The position numbers and the translations under genes are program-made. Of a stretch of DNA of 64,000 nucleotides, positions 14,226-26,821 are shown piece after piece. Below the pieces are notes generated by a model. That model searched no databases, was not told the DNA's origin, and saw nothing but the letters and a program-made list of their open reading frames with translations. Source of the DNA: Diadema antillarum (lineage: Eukaryota); NCBI RefSeq assembly GCF_040938485.1, contig NW_027272231.1, positions 434,001 to 498,000 of the forward strand, in the 5' to 3' direction. How positions within the stretch are numbered: position 1 is the first letter of the stretch; each line of letters begins with the position of its first letter.

Positions 14226-14958
14226 GCTGTATACATTCAAGGTTCAAGGATCAAGGTTCTGTACTCGATATGATTTCGACAAGCACATAAAATTGTATAC
14301 GCCATTTCTAGCAAGTCTAAATTTTCGCGAATTGGGACTTCCCGACGATTTCACAAGTGGTTAAATTCGCAATTGTGGAGTACTGTACTGAATGGAGAAA
14401 TGTATATGATGTGTGCGTCACATTCATATCGGGATCAGAGTCATTATTTTCCTGTGTCTTTAATTTCGCAAAGAGCACCTAACTCGCAAAATTGGCCAAA
14501 ATAAAAACCTCGCAAAGTATTCAGCGAATACGGGAGCATCAGTGTCAGTGCACTGACTACAGGACCACAGAATATTCAATTATAGCTTCATCTAACATCC
14601 TAAACATCAACAAAGTGTTGCCAACTGTGTGTGCTGTTCAAGCCCAACACAGATTGTCACACACTTCAAAGTTCCAGACTGCTTTTTTTTCTCCCCTCAG
14701 CCCAACTGTTTTATTTCAAGTTTTGCAGTTCATGAGTTCTGGGAGCAATAAATTAATTCATGAGGTACAAATATACTAACATTGTACTGTAAAATCAGAC
14801 ATTTTTTGTACGCATGAAACTTTCCCGAATTTCGCGAAGAGCCATGATTTGCAAAAGTAAAATGGACTCAGAAGTGTTTGTCAGCAAAACACATTGAATG
14901 CAAGTGAAAATTTGCAAAAGTTTAATGCCATTCTATGAATGTCCCTGGTTTTACAATA
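14226..14958. mobile_element. Two adjacent degenerate family-A-like MITE remnants (about 14226-14535 and 14785-14958)
   Basis: tttcgcgaa motifs and a tactgtaaaa end similar to 2744-2947. Confidence 0.45.
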
Positions 14959-16312
14959 CACTGCACAATATCTAAAAATCATGAAGATTCAGGTGTACCT
15001 TTACTGTACACCTTGTAGGTCAAGAAGACAGTCTACCACTATGATTACTCTCATTCTCATCACGGTTATACAGTATTCAAAAAAAAAAAAATGCAAACCC
15101 AGAATGGCAACACATAATAAAAGGAGATCCGTAATTATGGTCACTACAACTTCATTCATATCGAGTAGTCTGGTTTGCAGACTCCCTTGGGAGAAATAAA
15201 GCCATACAGGGCACTTGGACATCTCTGGTCAAGCTCTCTACATTTGCAATGGTTTCTTACTGCAAGGACCAGTCCCTTCTCTGCTGGAATTTTGTGAAGA
15301 GACTCCATAGCCACTTTTGTGAAGACTCTCAGTCTCAGCAATGATCTGACTGATATTGGGAAAGAGGGAGAAGAGGTTATCTTCTAGCTCAGGTCTCAGC
15401 AGTACAGTGACAAAAGGCACCTCCAATTTTCCCCTCATTTATGACTCTAATAGATTCTGAGCCTTTTCAAAGAAACCCTTGCCCAAAGCTCCCCGGCACA
15501 AAAGGGGCCCGGCCCATTGTGCCCCCGCCACGGAATGTGTCCAGGAGAGAGGTGATGGGGCGATCAATGCGGAGGATATGACAAGCCATGAATGGGCTGT
15601 CAAGGAGTTTTTGGAGCACTGGTTTCCACCCATTGCCGGCTGAATAGAAAGCAATTATAGTATTTACACGGCAGCTTTCCCTGCTCCAACTCTCTGGGAT
15701 ATTAATGGGGAGCCCCTGAAGAAATCATGGGGGTGCACGCTCACTCCTCAGTGCTACAGGATTACAATGCACAACTACACGTAGTGAGGACGTGAGGAGA
15801 ACTTGTCGCATTCTCAAATACGTAGTTAAGTCTTCCCAATACAGACAAAATGATAGCTTACAAGTGTGGAAGGCATGTACACTGCTGACAGTTAAAATAT
15901 GTTTACAGATTTAACAACTCATTACAGGTAACTTCAAGATTCTACAAAAACCTCCTTTGAATCTACTATAGGGTAATTCAAATAGTTTACTTCTAGACGT
16001 GTGGTATACACTTGCGTACATAGGGCCTACACGTACATCATTGTACACAATTTATGTCAGTCAAGAAATGATTGAGATTGAAATTTTGCTTTCACTGCTA
16101 TAATTCATGGTGTTTGCTTTAAATATGCCTATTTTTTTTAAACGCCTTTTTTTTTCTGAAAATAGAAACATAATTCCACCATACAAATCTGCACATGGAT
16201 GGATTTATAAAAGATTCTTTAATGAAAACATCACACTTTCGGTCATCACATGGATATTTCAATCACTCAAAATCCCTCTGTGTCAGTCAAATTGGCAAAA
16301 TTCATAGTTCAG

Positions 16313-16488
16313 GGGGGCGTTTCATCAACGAGTTCGTCGGAGTTTTCACCGACGAATTTGCTATCAGCCAATCAGACCAAGGATTTCATTAGCTTTTAAC
16401 AGTTGTCAGTGTAAATCCTTGCGTCTGATTGGCTGATAGCAAATTCGTCGGTGAAAACCCCCGACGAACTCGTTGATGAAACGCCCCC
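16313..16488. mobile_element. Fold-back MITE, PIF/Harbinger-like
   Basis: About 65-70-bp near-perfect inverted arms (gggggcgtttcatcaacgagttcgtcgg...), flanked by a 3-bp direct repeat CAG. Confidence 0.75.
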
Positions 16489-16523
16489 CAGGTCAAACAG
16501 CCTCACTGACCAAACCCTTTTAA

Positions 16524-17092
16524 AGGACAAGTTCACCTTCATAAACATAAGGATTGAGAAAATGCAACAATATTAGTAGAACACATCAGTGAAAGTTTGA
16601 GGAAAATTGGACAATCGATGCAAAAGTTATGATTTTTTTAAATTTTTGTGTTGGAACCGCTGGATGAGGAGACTACTACAGCTTGTGAGTCATATGCGTA
16701 CAACAGTATAAAGAAAATATAAAAGAAAATTCAACATATTTTCATTTTTTTCGCATAATAAAAGAGCAATTGACTTGCCTCTTTCTAAAGGCAGGGGGAA
16801 TAATATTACCCATAACATTTATCGGTAACGAGTCAGGGGAATGTGTACTTTTTTCAAAAGATGGAATTTTGTGAAATTCTCTTTATATTTTCCTTATATT
16901 GTTGTACGCATGTGACATCTAAGTTATTCATACACTGCAGTAGTCTTCTCATCCAGCGGGTACTGCAAAAAAACTTCAAAAATTCATAACTTTTGAACGG
17001 ATTGTCTGATTTTCCTCAAACTTTCAATGATGTGTTCTACTAATATTGCTACATTCTCTCAATCCTTATGTTTATGAAGGTGAACTTGTCCT
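16524..17092. mobile_element. Kolobok/T2-like MITE family B
   Basis: TTAA target duplication and long TIRs aggacaagttcaccttcataaacataagg... Homologous to 19946-20508. Confidence 0.8.
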
Positions 17093-18356
17093 TTAATGTG
17101 CTGCTTCATTGAGTACAACAAATCATCTGAATGACTTCAAAGTTGAAACATGACACCACTCTCTCTGTTCATGTAAGTAGTTAGCAAAAACCTACATTGT
17201 GCATATAGTATAATCAAACTGTTCTTTGAAGCAATTTGGCATTTTAACCTAGAAGACTTTGGTCTGCTCTGCATACTAAAAAAGACCCCTATGACACTGT
17301 GTACCAGGGAGGTGATTTCCACCTCCCTATGTGTACCCACTTGGTGTACCAAGCTGTGTGAATGTCATGTTCTCATCTTGTCCCAGTCGATGAGAACATA
17401 TCCCCAGGTAAGATTGACATTTAGAATCACTTTGACTGTACATCAGTCAAACAGAAGTCCATCTCATTCAAGTTATCAAAAATATTATAGGCAAATATTG
17501 GGCATTCCATCCATTGCCACTTTCTATATTATCAAGACATTAAATGAAGCATGACTCAATTTACATTGTAGGCAAAATACAAATACAATCATATTTGAAG
17601 CAGCCAGATGCAGAAAATGATGGGAATCAAGCTGACAATGTAGAAACAAGAACATGAGGCAAAAATATCTGACATCTTTACAAAAAATCCGCAGTAGAGC
17701 TCTCATCAGTCGCTGATACAGTTCAGCTGTATGATATTTTAGAACGTCATAATTTTCAGTATTTGTCAGTGTCAGTGGGACTTTCACTAGCCTGCTGGTT
17801 TTCTCCAGGGATCTTTCAGTTCCCAACAACAATCCCTTTCGGATATAGAAATTTCTCTTTAAAGTGTTTGTTACCGTGAAAGGGTTTAGATCCAACTTAG
17901 ATTAGTCTTGTTCCTAGCTTCAGGTCAGAATTAGTGACACTATCTTAATTAATAGGGTATGAAAGACTTGCAAGGGTAAGTATCCTGGGGGACTGATACA
18001 GGAAGCACAAATCAAGCTTTGTCAATGGCTCAATCTACTAAGCGAGACCATCCCCATCTTATTTTTCCAACCAAAGCCTTCACCACCCCCCTCACCTCCC
18101 GTTTACTTTTTTAAATTCCTCATATGCATCACGTGTGGCTTCCTTTCCGCTTAGCTCGAGAGACCCGCCGTCTCACTGGCACCTCTGTAAGTTCTGGATG
18201 GCTGAAAGTCAAACCTACAAGCAACATCCTGAACGACATGCAGTCAAATCCATCTTCGCTCTTATGAGAAGGCCAAGACCCTCATCATCGTATCAACTCA
18301 CATTCGAACAAAATGGTGGAAAATTCCCAACATGAAACAGGCTCGCTGCAGCTTAA

Positions 18357-18732
18357 AGGTAGAGTTTACCATTGGGAGCAGTGATTTTAAAAATATTTGA
18401 GATATCACATTTGATGTTAATGTGTAGGTCAGTTGTATCACAAAACATCCACGTTTCATATAAAAATGTTGCGATAAAGCCTAAGATATACAATTGTATA
18501 TAAGGAGATATCACTATTTTCTCACTAAACCATAACTGCAGACAATTTAGTCTGGAAACAATTTTGTCATAACTCTTGTTCATAATTGGTATATTTAACA
18601 ACACTTAATTTCACTGATTAAACTGATCAACTTTTTTACACTGGTTGTTTCTATCCCTAACTCACATTTTAGAACTATTCTGAAGCACTAAAGCTGAGGT
18701 TTTGTTTCATCTGCAAATGGTAAATTATGCCT
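18357..18732. mobile_element. Kolobok/T2-like MITE family C
   Basis: TTAA-flanked copy of the 4573-4933 element. Confidence 0.75.
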
Positions 18733-19945
18733 TTAAAGTGGCGAGTCATCTAACAAAAAAACAAAATACATCATCAGTGCAGTCATGGTCACCACATGTG
18801 TCATAGGCAACATGTTCTTATCTCTTGATGGCTTGAAAGTGCCTGGGGCATTCAAACTAAACAGAAGGAAATTAAAGGCATACAGTAGTTTTAATCCATC
18901 ACACTCCAAGGCCTATAGAAACAGAATGACTTTAAAATGCAGAACACAAAATCCAATGTCCATTTGAAAGTCATATTTCTGCCAAAATAATAAGCCCTAC
19001 ATGTTTAAAATGTTTCCAGTGAAACCTTTCGTCCATAATATTTGGAAAGCATTTGCTGACTTCCAACAACATCAAAATGAGCATACAGTATGTAACATGA
19101 CTCACTACTCAGTTGAGAATTAATATGGTCAAAGCTAGCTGAGAGAGAAGTACATGAACAGCAGTATAAAGTACCAAAAACAAACTACAAACACTGATCT
19201 GCCTAAGCATCTCAAAAAGCTTTATACATTGTATTTACAGTGTTATAACCAAGGACTATTCCTTGTAAATTATTAAAACTAATATTAAAAGCAAAACAAA
19301 ACAACAGAAAGGAAAGAAAAGATTGATTTCCAGCATTTGTGATGATTTACATAAGAAGCAAATTCCATTTCAGCAAAGGAATAAAAGTGCATAGCTTTGT
19401 GCAACCATCCCAAGTACTGTATACCTACATGTACCCAAGACAAATGGGACATCCAGCTTCAATTAGAGGGACCTTGACTCCCAGTTTATTTTCATTATCC
19501 AAACCAGGCTGGGATGCAACTGGGATGTGGAGAGGGGAGGAATCCTCTTTCCTCTGTTATCAACGGCCGGCCAGGCCATGAGACGTCTTCCTCGTCATCG
19601 AGGCGGCAGAGACTTGAGGTAATGTTGAACAAATGTGCCCGGGGGACAGTTTGTAAGTCCCCGCGACACCACGCTGGGAGTACGGGAGCAGGAAATGGGT
19701 GGCCAAGGGCTGTAAAGTCGGTTTCGTGTTTGGACAGCTACCAGCATCACGTCACGTAGCATGTTATATCTTACTGGATACCATAATCTACAAATGTATG
19801 CAAAATATCTGACCAGTTTGGAAGTAATTCTTTTGAACCTACAGCATCTTCATCTTCAACTTTACATCACAGAACAATCTCTTGCACAAATTACCTCATT
19901 GTAAAGGTTTCAATTGAAGAGACTACCTCTCCCTGATGAGTTTAA

Positions 19946-20508
19946 AGGACAAGTCCACCTTTATATACATGTGGATTGAGTGAATGCAGCAATATTAGTA
20001 GAACACATCAGTGAAAGTTTGGGGAAAATCAGACAATCTGTTCAAAAGTTATGAATTTTTAAAGTATCTGCGTAGTCACTGCTGGATGAGAAGACTACTA
20101 CAGTGTATGATGTCATATGCGTACAACCACATAAAGAAAACAAAAAGAGAATTTCACAAAACTGTACTTTTTGAATAAAGTGCAAATTTCTTCGACTTGT
20201 TACTGACATATATATGTTAAGGGTAATATAATTCCCCCTGCCCTCTGAAAGAGAGAAGTCAAGTGTTCTTTTGTTATGCGAGAAAAGTGAAAATATGTTG
20301 AATTTTCTTTATTCTTTCTTTATATCGTTGTACTCATGTGACATCACAAACTATAGTAGTCCTCTCATCCAGCCATGACTGAGCAGAAACTTTAAAAATT
20401 CATAACTTTTGAATGGATTGTCAGATCTTCCTCAAACTCTCACTGATGTGTTCTACTAATATTGCTGCATTCACTCAATCCACATGTCTATGAAGGTGAA
20501 CTTGTCCT
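19946..20508. mobile_element. Kolobok/T2-like MITE family B
   Basis: TTAA-flanked with long TIRs; homologous to 16524-17092. Confidence 0.8.
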
Positions 20509-22085
20509 TTAATATTCTTTATCTTATACTGTAATTCCCTAACAGAATCACAATCACTACATGTACAGCTGTATATCAAATGTACATCACTTGTTGATAA
20601 TATCCTTTAAAACACAAATTTTAATTGTATCTCACATAGTGTGTCAAACCATTAAGCTACAACACAAAGGAGGTGAATATCATTCTCTCTCTCTCTCTCT
20701 CTCTCTCTAAAAAAAAGAAAGAATTAATTGATGATGAGAGATCAGATTCAAGTTGGATTAAATCTTATCAAATGCTGGAAAAGTGTAAAAATTCAAATTT
20801 GTAACACCTGTCTAACGTACCACTGTGTTCAACAAACATCACCATTAAAGTTGTCAAATTGAAAAAAAAAAAAAAAAACTCCTTTCATTCATACAGATAC
20901 AGTACAGTAGGCACAGGGCACAAGACACAAGGCACAAGGCACACACACAGAAGTCTTATGTACCTTGACGAAGGATAACCTCAAATTGGCTGTAATTGTG
21001 TAAGATTGAGAGACCCAAGTAACCACAACAGATTATTCAATTTCCTTGCTGAAATAAGTAGACTTTCTGAATGCACTAATATGCTTAAAGATGAACCCCT
21101 CTCCAAAGGTGAGCCTCTTTTTATGCCTGTATGACATAACATCCTTGGGCATTAAGAAGACAAATTTGATTAAGTATTGTAATTCACTACAAATGTCTCT
21201 TAGTCTGTGGGTTGGAAGAAGTTTTGGGAGATTTGATCTTATCAAAGAATGCACATTCACTGAATGCAGGTACCGGTTCAAAGGAAAAAACCAAAAACAA
21301 AAACAAAGAAAAGACGTTGCTGTTACTGATTTTGATTTAACATGTAATTGAGGTCAACCACCTGCGTAAGTGCAGCCTGGTGAATCATACATGTACAGTA
21401 CATGTATTGCCCCTATATTCTTGTTTCTTGTTGGTTTGCTGTTGTTGTTTTTTAGTAAGCATGAGCAATTACAATGTAACACTATATTTAGATCTGCCAG
21501 GGTGTACATCACCGACACATCAGAAAGGGAACATTTCTGAAGAAATGGACCCGACTCAGACTGCCTTTCCAATTTGTTGCACTGTATGTTTGAAAGGGTA
21601 AATTTGTTTTTAAAAGTAAGCAAATTGTTACATTGTATTTAAGCGCTTGTACAATGTAACTATTCATTATCTACACTGTAAGTTTAGGTGTGTGCATTAT
21701 ATACATGTGTTATCTATCAATCCTCACACAGTACATTGTACAACTACAACTAGGTGCATGGGGAATGCAATAAATGCCACATTGGAGGATTTTCTCACAG
21801 TTTTATGCTGGTAAACATTTTCACATTCCTGTACTTATTTTGATATTCAAGGAGTTTACAACCTCTCAAGTCTATCTGGCTGGTAAAGATGATCTTCATT
21901 TAAAATCACCAACTGAATGACTTAGACCACATTTCAACCTTTCCAAGTTAGTACAGTGTACTTTCTGTTTATATCTGTTTTGCCTTTTATCATAAATCTA
22001 AAAGAAATATAAAACAATCACAATGTGATTTCTATCAATTTTTGAATGTCTTGACATAAAAAGTAAATTTACAATCATTTTTACA

Positions 22086-22203
22086 AAAATCAGTACTGTC
22101 CAGTAGGCCTACTCAATACTAATTGTAATTCCTACATCTTAAAAAAAAAAAATCAGTACTGTCCAGTAGGCCTACTCAATACTAATTGTAATTCCTACAT
22201 CTT
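22086..22203. repeat. Local tandem duplication of about 55 bp
   Basis: aaaaatcagtactgtccagtaggcctactcaatactaattgtaattcctacatctt occurs twice, separated by an A-run. Confidence 0.85.
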
Positions 22204-23476
22204 AACACACAAAAAAAAAATCTTTTCATTTTATAATAAAATCTTATGCATTATCACAGAAATCTTCAGACTGACTGCATGCAGTCATAATTCTACTGCA
22301 GAAATCCATGTGATGTAGAGGCAATTGCAACAATTCTTATTATTCAATTCCCTTAAATTTGCACATTGCTAAATACACAGTACGCGATTTAAACCGAAGA
22401 CATAAAGAATTTAACAAAATACATACAAATGTATGGACCTTTATATGGAATGCAAAAAGAACACTATTTTGCAGAAATAGCTCAAGAAATTCGAATACTT
22501 TTAAGTAAAGTCACAACTAAACCTTTTACATTAAGTTGTCAGATTTTGAGAGATGGATGGTTGGAAAAAGGCTGATTGCTATCTTTTTAAGTATGCATGA
22601 TGTTACACACGATGTCGGTATATAGTATAGGCCCTATTTACATGGAATATGATCACAGTCATATGCACTTTCTTACTTCATTTTACAAGAACTGCATTCC
22701 TCTCTTGCACAATGGTTTCATTGGTTCTTCTCATTGCAAATTGGTAATTCCTTTCTGTCCTGATTTCGTTCACCTGAAAGAAACTTCAGTTCCTGTAAAA
22801 TTAGTAGACTTACCAAAAACGAATAATGGAACAGCTTCTTCTCCTTCAAGTCACTAGTCGTTTAAAATGACGGTCACGCCGGCAATACAACGTATATCCG
22901 TGAATTTATGCACCTCTTTTCTGTTTCCTGCGAAAAGTAGTGGAACAGATATTTTTTTCAGTGTCAATTGTTTCGATAGCGTCACGCTCACTTCGGATAC
23001 CACCACGCTCTGCTGTGAGCTAACGCCAGCGGCCCGGCGCTGGGTTGACGGGAGAAGAATCCAAGCGCCGCATCAGATCCGTGAACAAGGCTCAAGGCAT
23101 GGGCAGCAGGAGCTTCAGAAATTTAAGTCAGAATTGCAGTCGATAGACGCGCGTCGTTTCGAAAATAATTCCACTTTGTGTCCTTTTACAATACACACTC
23201 GGCGCAATGATATTTCCCAACAGGTATATCCTGTTAAAAATCCCTTCGTAGGCTCGGGTTAAACAACATTTCATCTCCACCGCTCGTGATCATTAGCCGA
23301 ATCTCACTTCAGCCACTCTGCATCTCACCACTGGCACCGCTCACTACGCACTGCATCAAAACTTTGTGGGGCGATCAGCTGATTACATGCATGGGATGCA
23401 CGCTACATTGTGCCTCTCGTATCGGATTGGTCTTCTTGGTCGTGCACTGCATTGGTTTGAGTGAAAGTGCTCGGCA

Positions 23477-23490
23477 ACTGTAGATGGCGC
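23477..23490 (+). promoter_or_regulatory. CTCF/YY1-like motif actgtagatggcgc at the edge of a CpG-rich patch (about 22.9-23.5 kb)
   Basis: 12/14 match to CCASYAGRKGGCRS. Motif match only. Confidence 0.3.
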
Positions 23491-24828
23491 TATTTCAAAC
23501 CTTGCCAACTACAGTACTACACCGGTCCTACTACTCTTTCCAGCGCCTTAGAACACTAACTTGCTCTAACTTTTACGATCACATAAGGAATTTTACGCTA
23601 AACTATTTTTTATTGGAAAGCATTGACCAGTAGGCCCTACATAGAAAATATTTACCTGTGCATGAAAACGTATAAAGATAATTTGTATCCTTCTCGTCAA
23701 ATGATTATGGTCGTAGCAACGATCACATTGGTATTAGGGAAGGGGGTGTGGACAAATTTATTGTATCCTCATTCTTTGAGCAGAAATTAACTGCAAAGCT
23801 GTAAGTAATGACTTTAATGCCGTTCTTAATTTGTCTTACGGGTACAACCAACATTCGCGCTCTATGAAAACATAATCTTCTGAAACATAACTATTCTATA
23901 TATTTCCTTTTCTATGTCTGATATGATATGAACTGCGATAATTCTGGTTGTAGATTTTAGTCATGCAGTCACTATAAAGTTAACTTCGAAACGGTACGGA
24001 ATAGCACATAAACAAATTTAATGGGACTTTGCCTTAACGTAATTCCTTCTTATACCATGAGGACATAATGAACAACAGTGCACAGAATGCCAACCCTCAC
24101 GGCAGTGAAATTTGATTTAATTGAGAAATAAAATTAAAATTGCGAGCAGCTGCTGCAGCTGGCTATTGCAAAGATTCTGAAGAGTAAACGTTTACATGTC
24201 ACGCTTATGCGACTTAAAAAAATCAAATCATTGTACTTTTTCACGTATACCCTAAGAAGCCCAAATAGAGCCTGCATTGCAAGATTACAACAAAAAAAAA
24301 AAAAAAAATTGCACCAACAGGCAAAGCAAACAAGATAGAGATAAAGCAAAATAAAACCTTTCCAGTGGATATACATCACTAATCTTGTAACATAACAAGT
24401 TATGATTAGAAATGTCTTATCTTTTCGTATTATATTCACTACAAAGTGTATTTATAAATGTCTAAATAAATCTAAACATAACAAGAATGGAGTTAAAACT
24501 CGTTTTGCGATCAGAGTCTTCTCTTCTTTGTCTTCCGTTCTACACGGAAATTACCAAAATGATCTAGCTGACAGCGTAAAATGTCTATATAGCAACATTG
24601 CACATTTGTGATACAATGAAGAAGGGACATTGTGGGATAGCATGAAACTCTGCTTTTATTGTCATTCATTCATTTTAGGAAGAATGTATAATGACGTGAA
24701 ACATCGACAAACTGTTTCCCTAGCCATTTATCGATGTTGGTTGTATTGGTGAGGGTGACGGAGACAAAAGTATTGAGATAACACATTATCTATTGTGGGC
24801 ATATAAACAACCATTATCTTTTATTTAA

Positions 24829-25108
24829 AGGGATGGTATAGTATTAGTTGAGGTGAGAATTCAGCTTTTAACTTTTTGAGCGATAGGCCTACTTAAATGC
24901 ATAAAAGCATACAATTATAAGAGGAATTCAAACTCTGTTTTGGATATCTCAGCCATTTTAAAACCAATTTTAATCAAATAAACCTTGAATTCCTCTTAGA
25001 ATTATGCTTTTCAGCATTTCAAGAAGTGGTTTCTAAGTATCTAAAAAAAAAACCATAAAAAAAGTTGGAAACCTTATGCCCCATCTTAACCGAAATTGTA
25101 CCATCCCT
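24829..25108. mobile_element. Kolobok/T2-like MITE family D
   Basis: TTAA|agggatggta...taccatccct|TTAA. Related to 58195-58585. Confidence 0.7.
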
Positions 25109-26313
25109 TTAATCTCTTTTTAACGGAAAAAATAAAGCCTTTGACGCAATTCTTTTTCCCCCTTGTGGTTGAATATAAGATATACTGACTTGTGAATCAA
25201 CTGCATGAATGATTATTTGAACACTGTCAACATGCATTTCTTTTTTAAACTGTATGTTTAACTTATCGAGTGGCCCACATCTCTACAAGCTTGCCTTTTA
25301 CGCGGGCCTCTTTTTCCACAATTATTTCGAACAAATAATTTTAGAAATGTATGTTTATAATATTGTTGTAAATAGGCCTACACTGTTCGTTTGCTTTCCT
25401 TGAAATTGTATTGAAAACAAATATGTAATACTGGAAATAGAATTTCATTTGAGACGTCACTTTGCTTTGGAGTCAGCCTTCCTCTTCACATTAGAAATCT
25501 TACCGCGACCCCAGCTTTGTGAGGAAGAACCCGTCGTTTTTGTTTATGATTGTGTATGTGTGTGTCTGTGTGTGTGTGTGTTTTAAACTGAGATGTGTTA
25601 TTTATTTTTTTTTTGATGGTGTTTCGGTTTTTAATTGGTCGGTTTTCAAAAAGAAGAAAAAAAAAGAAAAATGTATATCGAAGATTTTTTTTTTCTTTCA
25701 AGAAACAAGTGGTGGAATGTGCCCAATTGTCTTGAGCAAACCATCGTGTCCCCGTTTGAGGGCACTTTGCCAGAATAGATGTGTGTTTAATAAAAAGAAA
25801 GAAACAAAAACCGGATTTCGTTTTTGGTTAAATGAGTAATAATGAAAGATTGATATATTTCTGTACAATGTTTGTGTATAATGCATTTTATTTTTGTAAA
25901 ATGTATTTTTTTAATGTGAATTTTGTAGCATTGAACGAAATTCGAATAAAGAATTTTAAAAAATCCTTGTCGATAGCTGCGTGACAAGAGTATTGTAATA
26001 GTTATGAATATTTCTTAAGATTGATTTTTACTGGTGAAAAATAATCAAGTCATGCACGACTTACATATCATGAAGAATGTGAAAATGATACAAAAATATA
26101 GGGTCTAACCAATTATTCGCGTATCTGAGATAATAGAAATATCAATAAGCTGAACATATGGTGTAAAGAAAAAAATGTAACTTTTTATTAGGCCTACATA
26201 AAAGGAAAAATCCTATTCCATTCATGTCCTTACATCCTCCTAGTATATAGCCATTATCATATTAAAAAGTTTGTGATAATGATGATGACAATAATGTTAA
26301 TAGGAATAATTTA

Positions 26314-26317
<4 letters not shown>

Positions 26318-26362
<45 letters not shown>

Positions 26363-26380
26363 CATTATTACTATTATTAT
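26318..26380. repeat. (ATT)n microsatellite
   Basis: Direct reading of tandem att units. Confidence 0.9.
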
Positions 26381-26807
26381 CATCGTATATAGTTGACATC
26401 ATTGTTATGATCATCATCACGCCAAATCGCCGTTATTTTTGTTCTAGCTATGTAAACACGCGTTCTTGGAAATCTTGAAAGATTAAAGTTGCAAGGAGTT
26501 GGAAAGATCCACCTTCCGAATACAATGTACATTGAAACCCCGATTGAAACCACGTTTCCCTTCAGTTTTTAGCTAGGTACCAAAACAGGATTATAAGTTT
26601 GAAGGAGTTTTAGTTGATAATCAAAATTCGTCCAAGAAAAACTACGGGTAGGTTGATGCAGGGAGGTGAGACAAGTCTCACCTCCCTGGTCGATGAAGCC
26701 ACCACAACAAACGCAAGATTTTGTTGCTTTCACGAGCTTTCCCGAGAGCGCAAGGGGTTGTCTTGTTACACCTGTCGCCGTACTTTTCCCCTTATCTCAC
26801 TGTGGAC

Positions 26808-26821
26808 GTTGCCTCAGCAAC
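26808..26821 (+). promoter_or_regulatory. RFX X-box GTTGCCTCAGCAAC, candidate ANKAR promoter element
   Basis: Both half-sites match GTTGCC-NNN-GCAAC; lies in a CpG-richer patch upstream of ANKAR. Confidence 0.45.

Noticed and set aside
15156-15720. Minus-strand fragments resembling non-LTR reverse transcriptase motifs (IPESW, RPITSLL, GQGF, ..ALY)
   Set aside because: The order is right, but the spacing is off, frames differ and there is no KAFD or YADD motif. Too weak to call.
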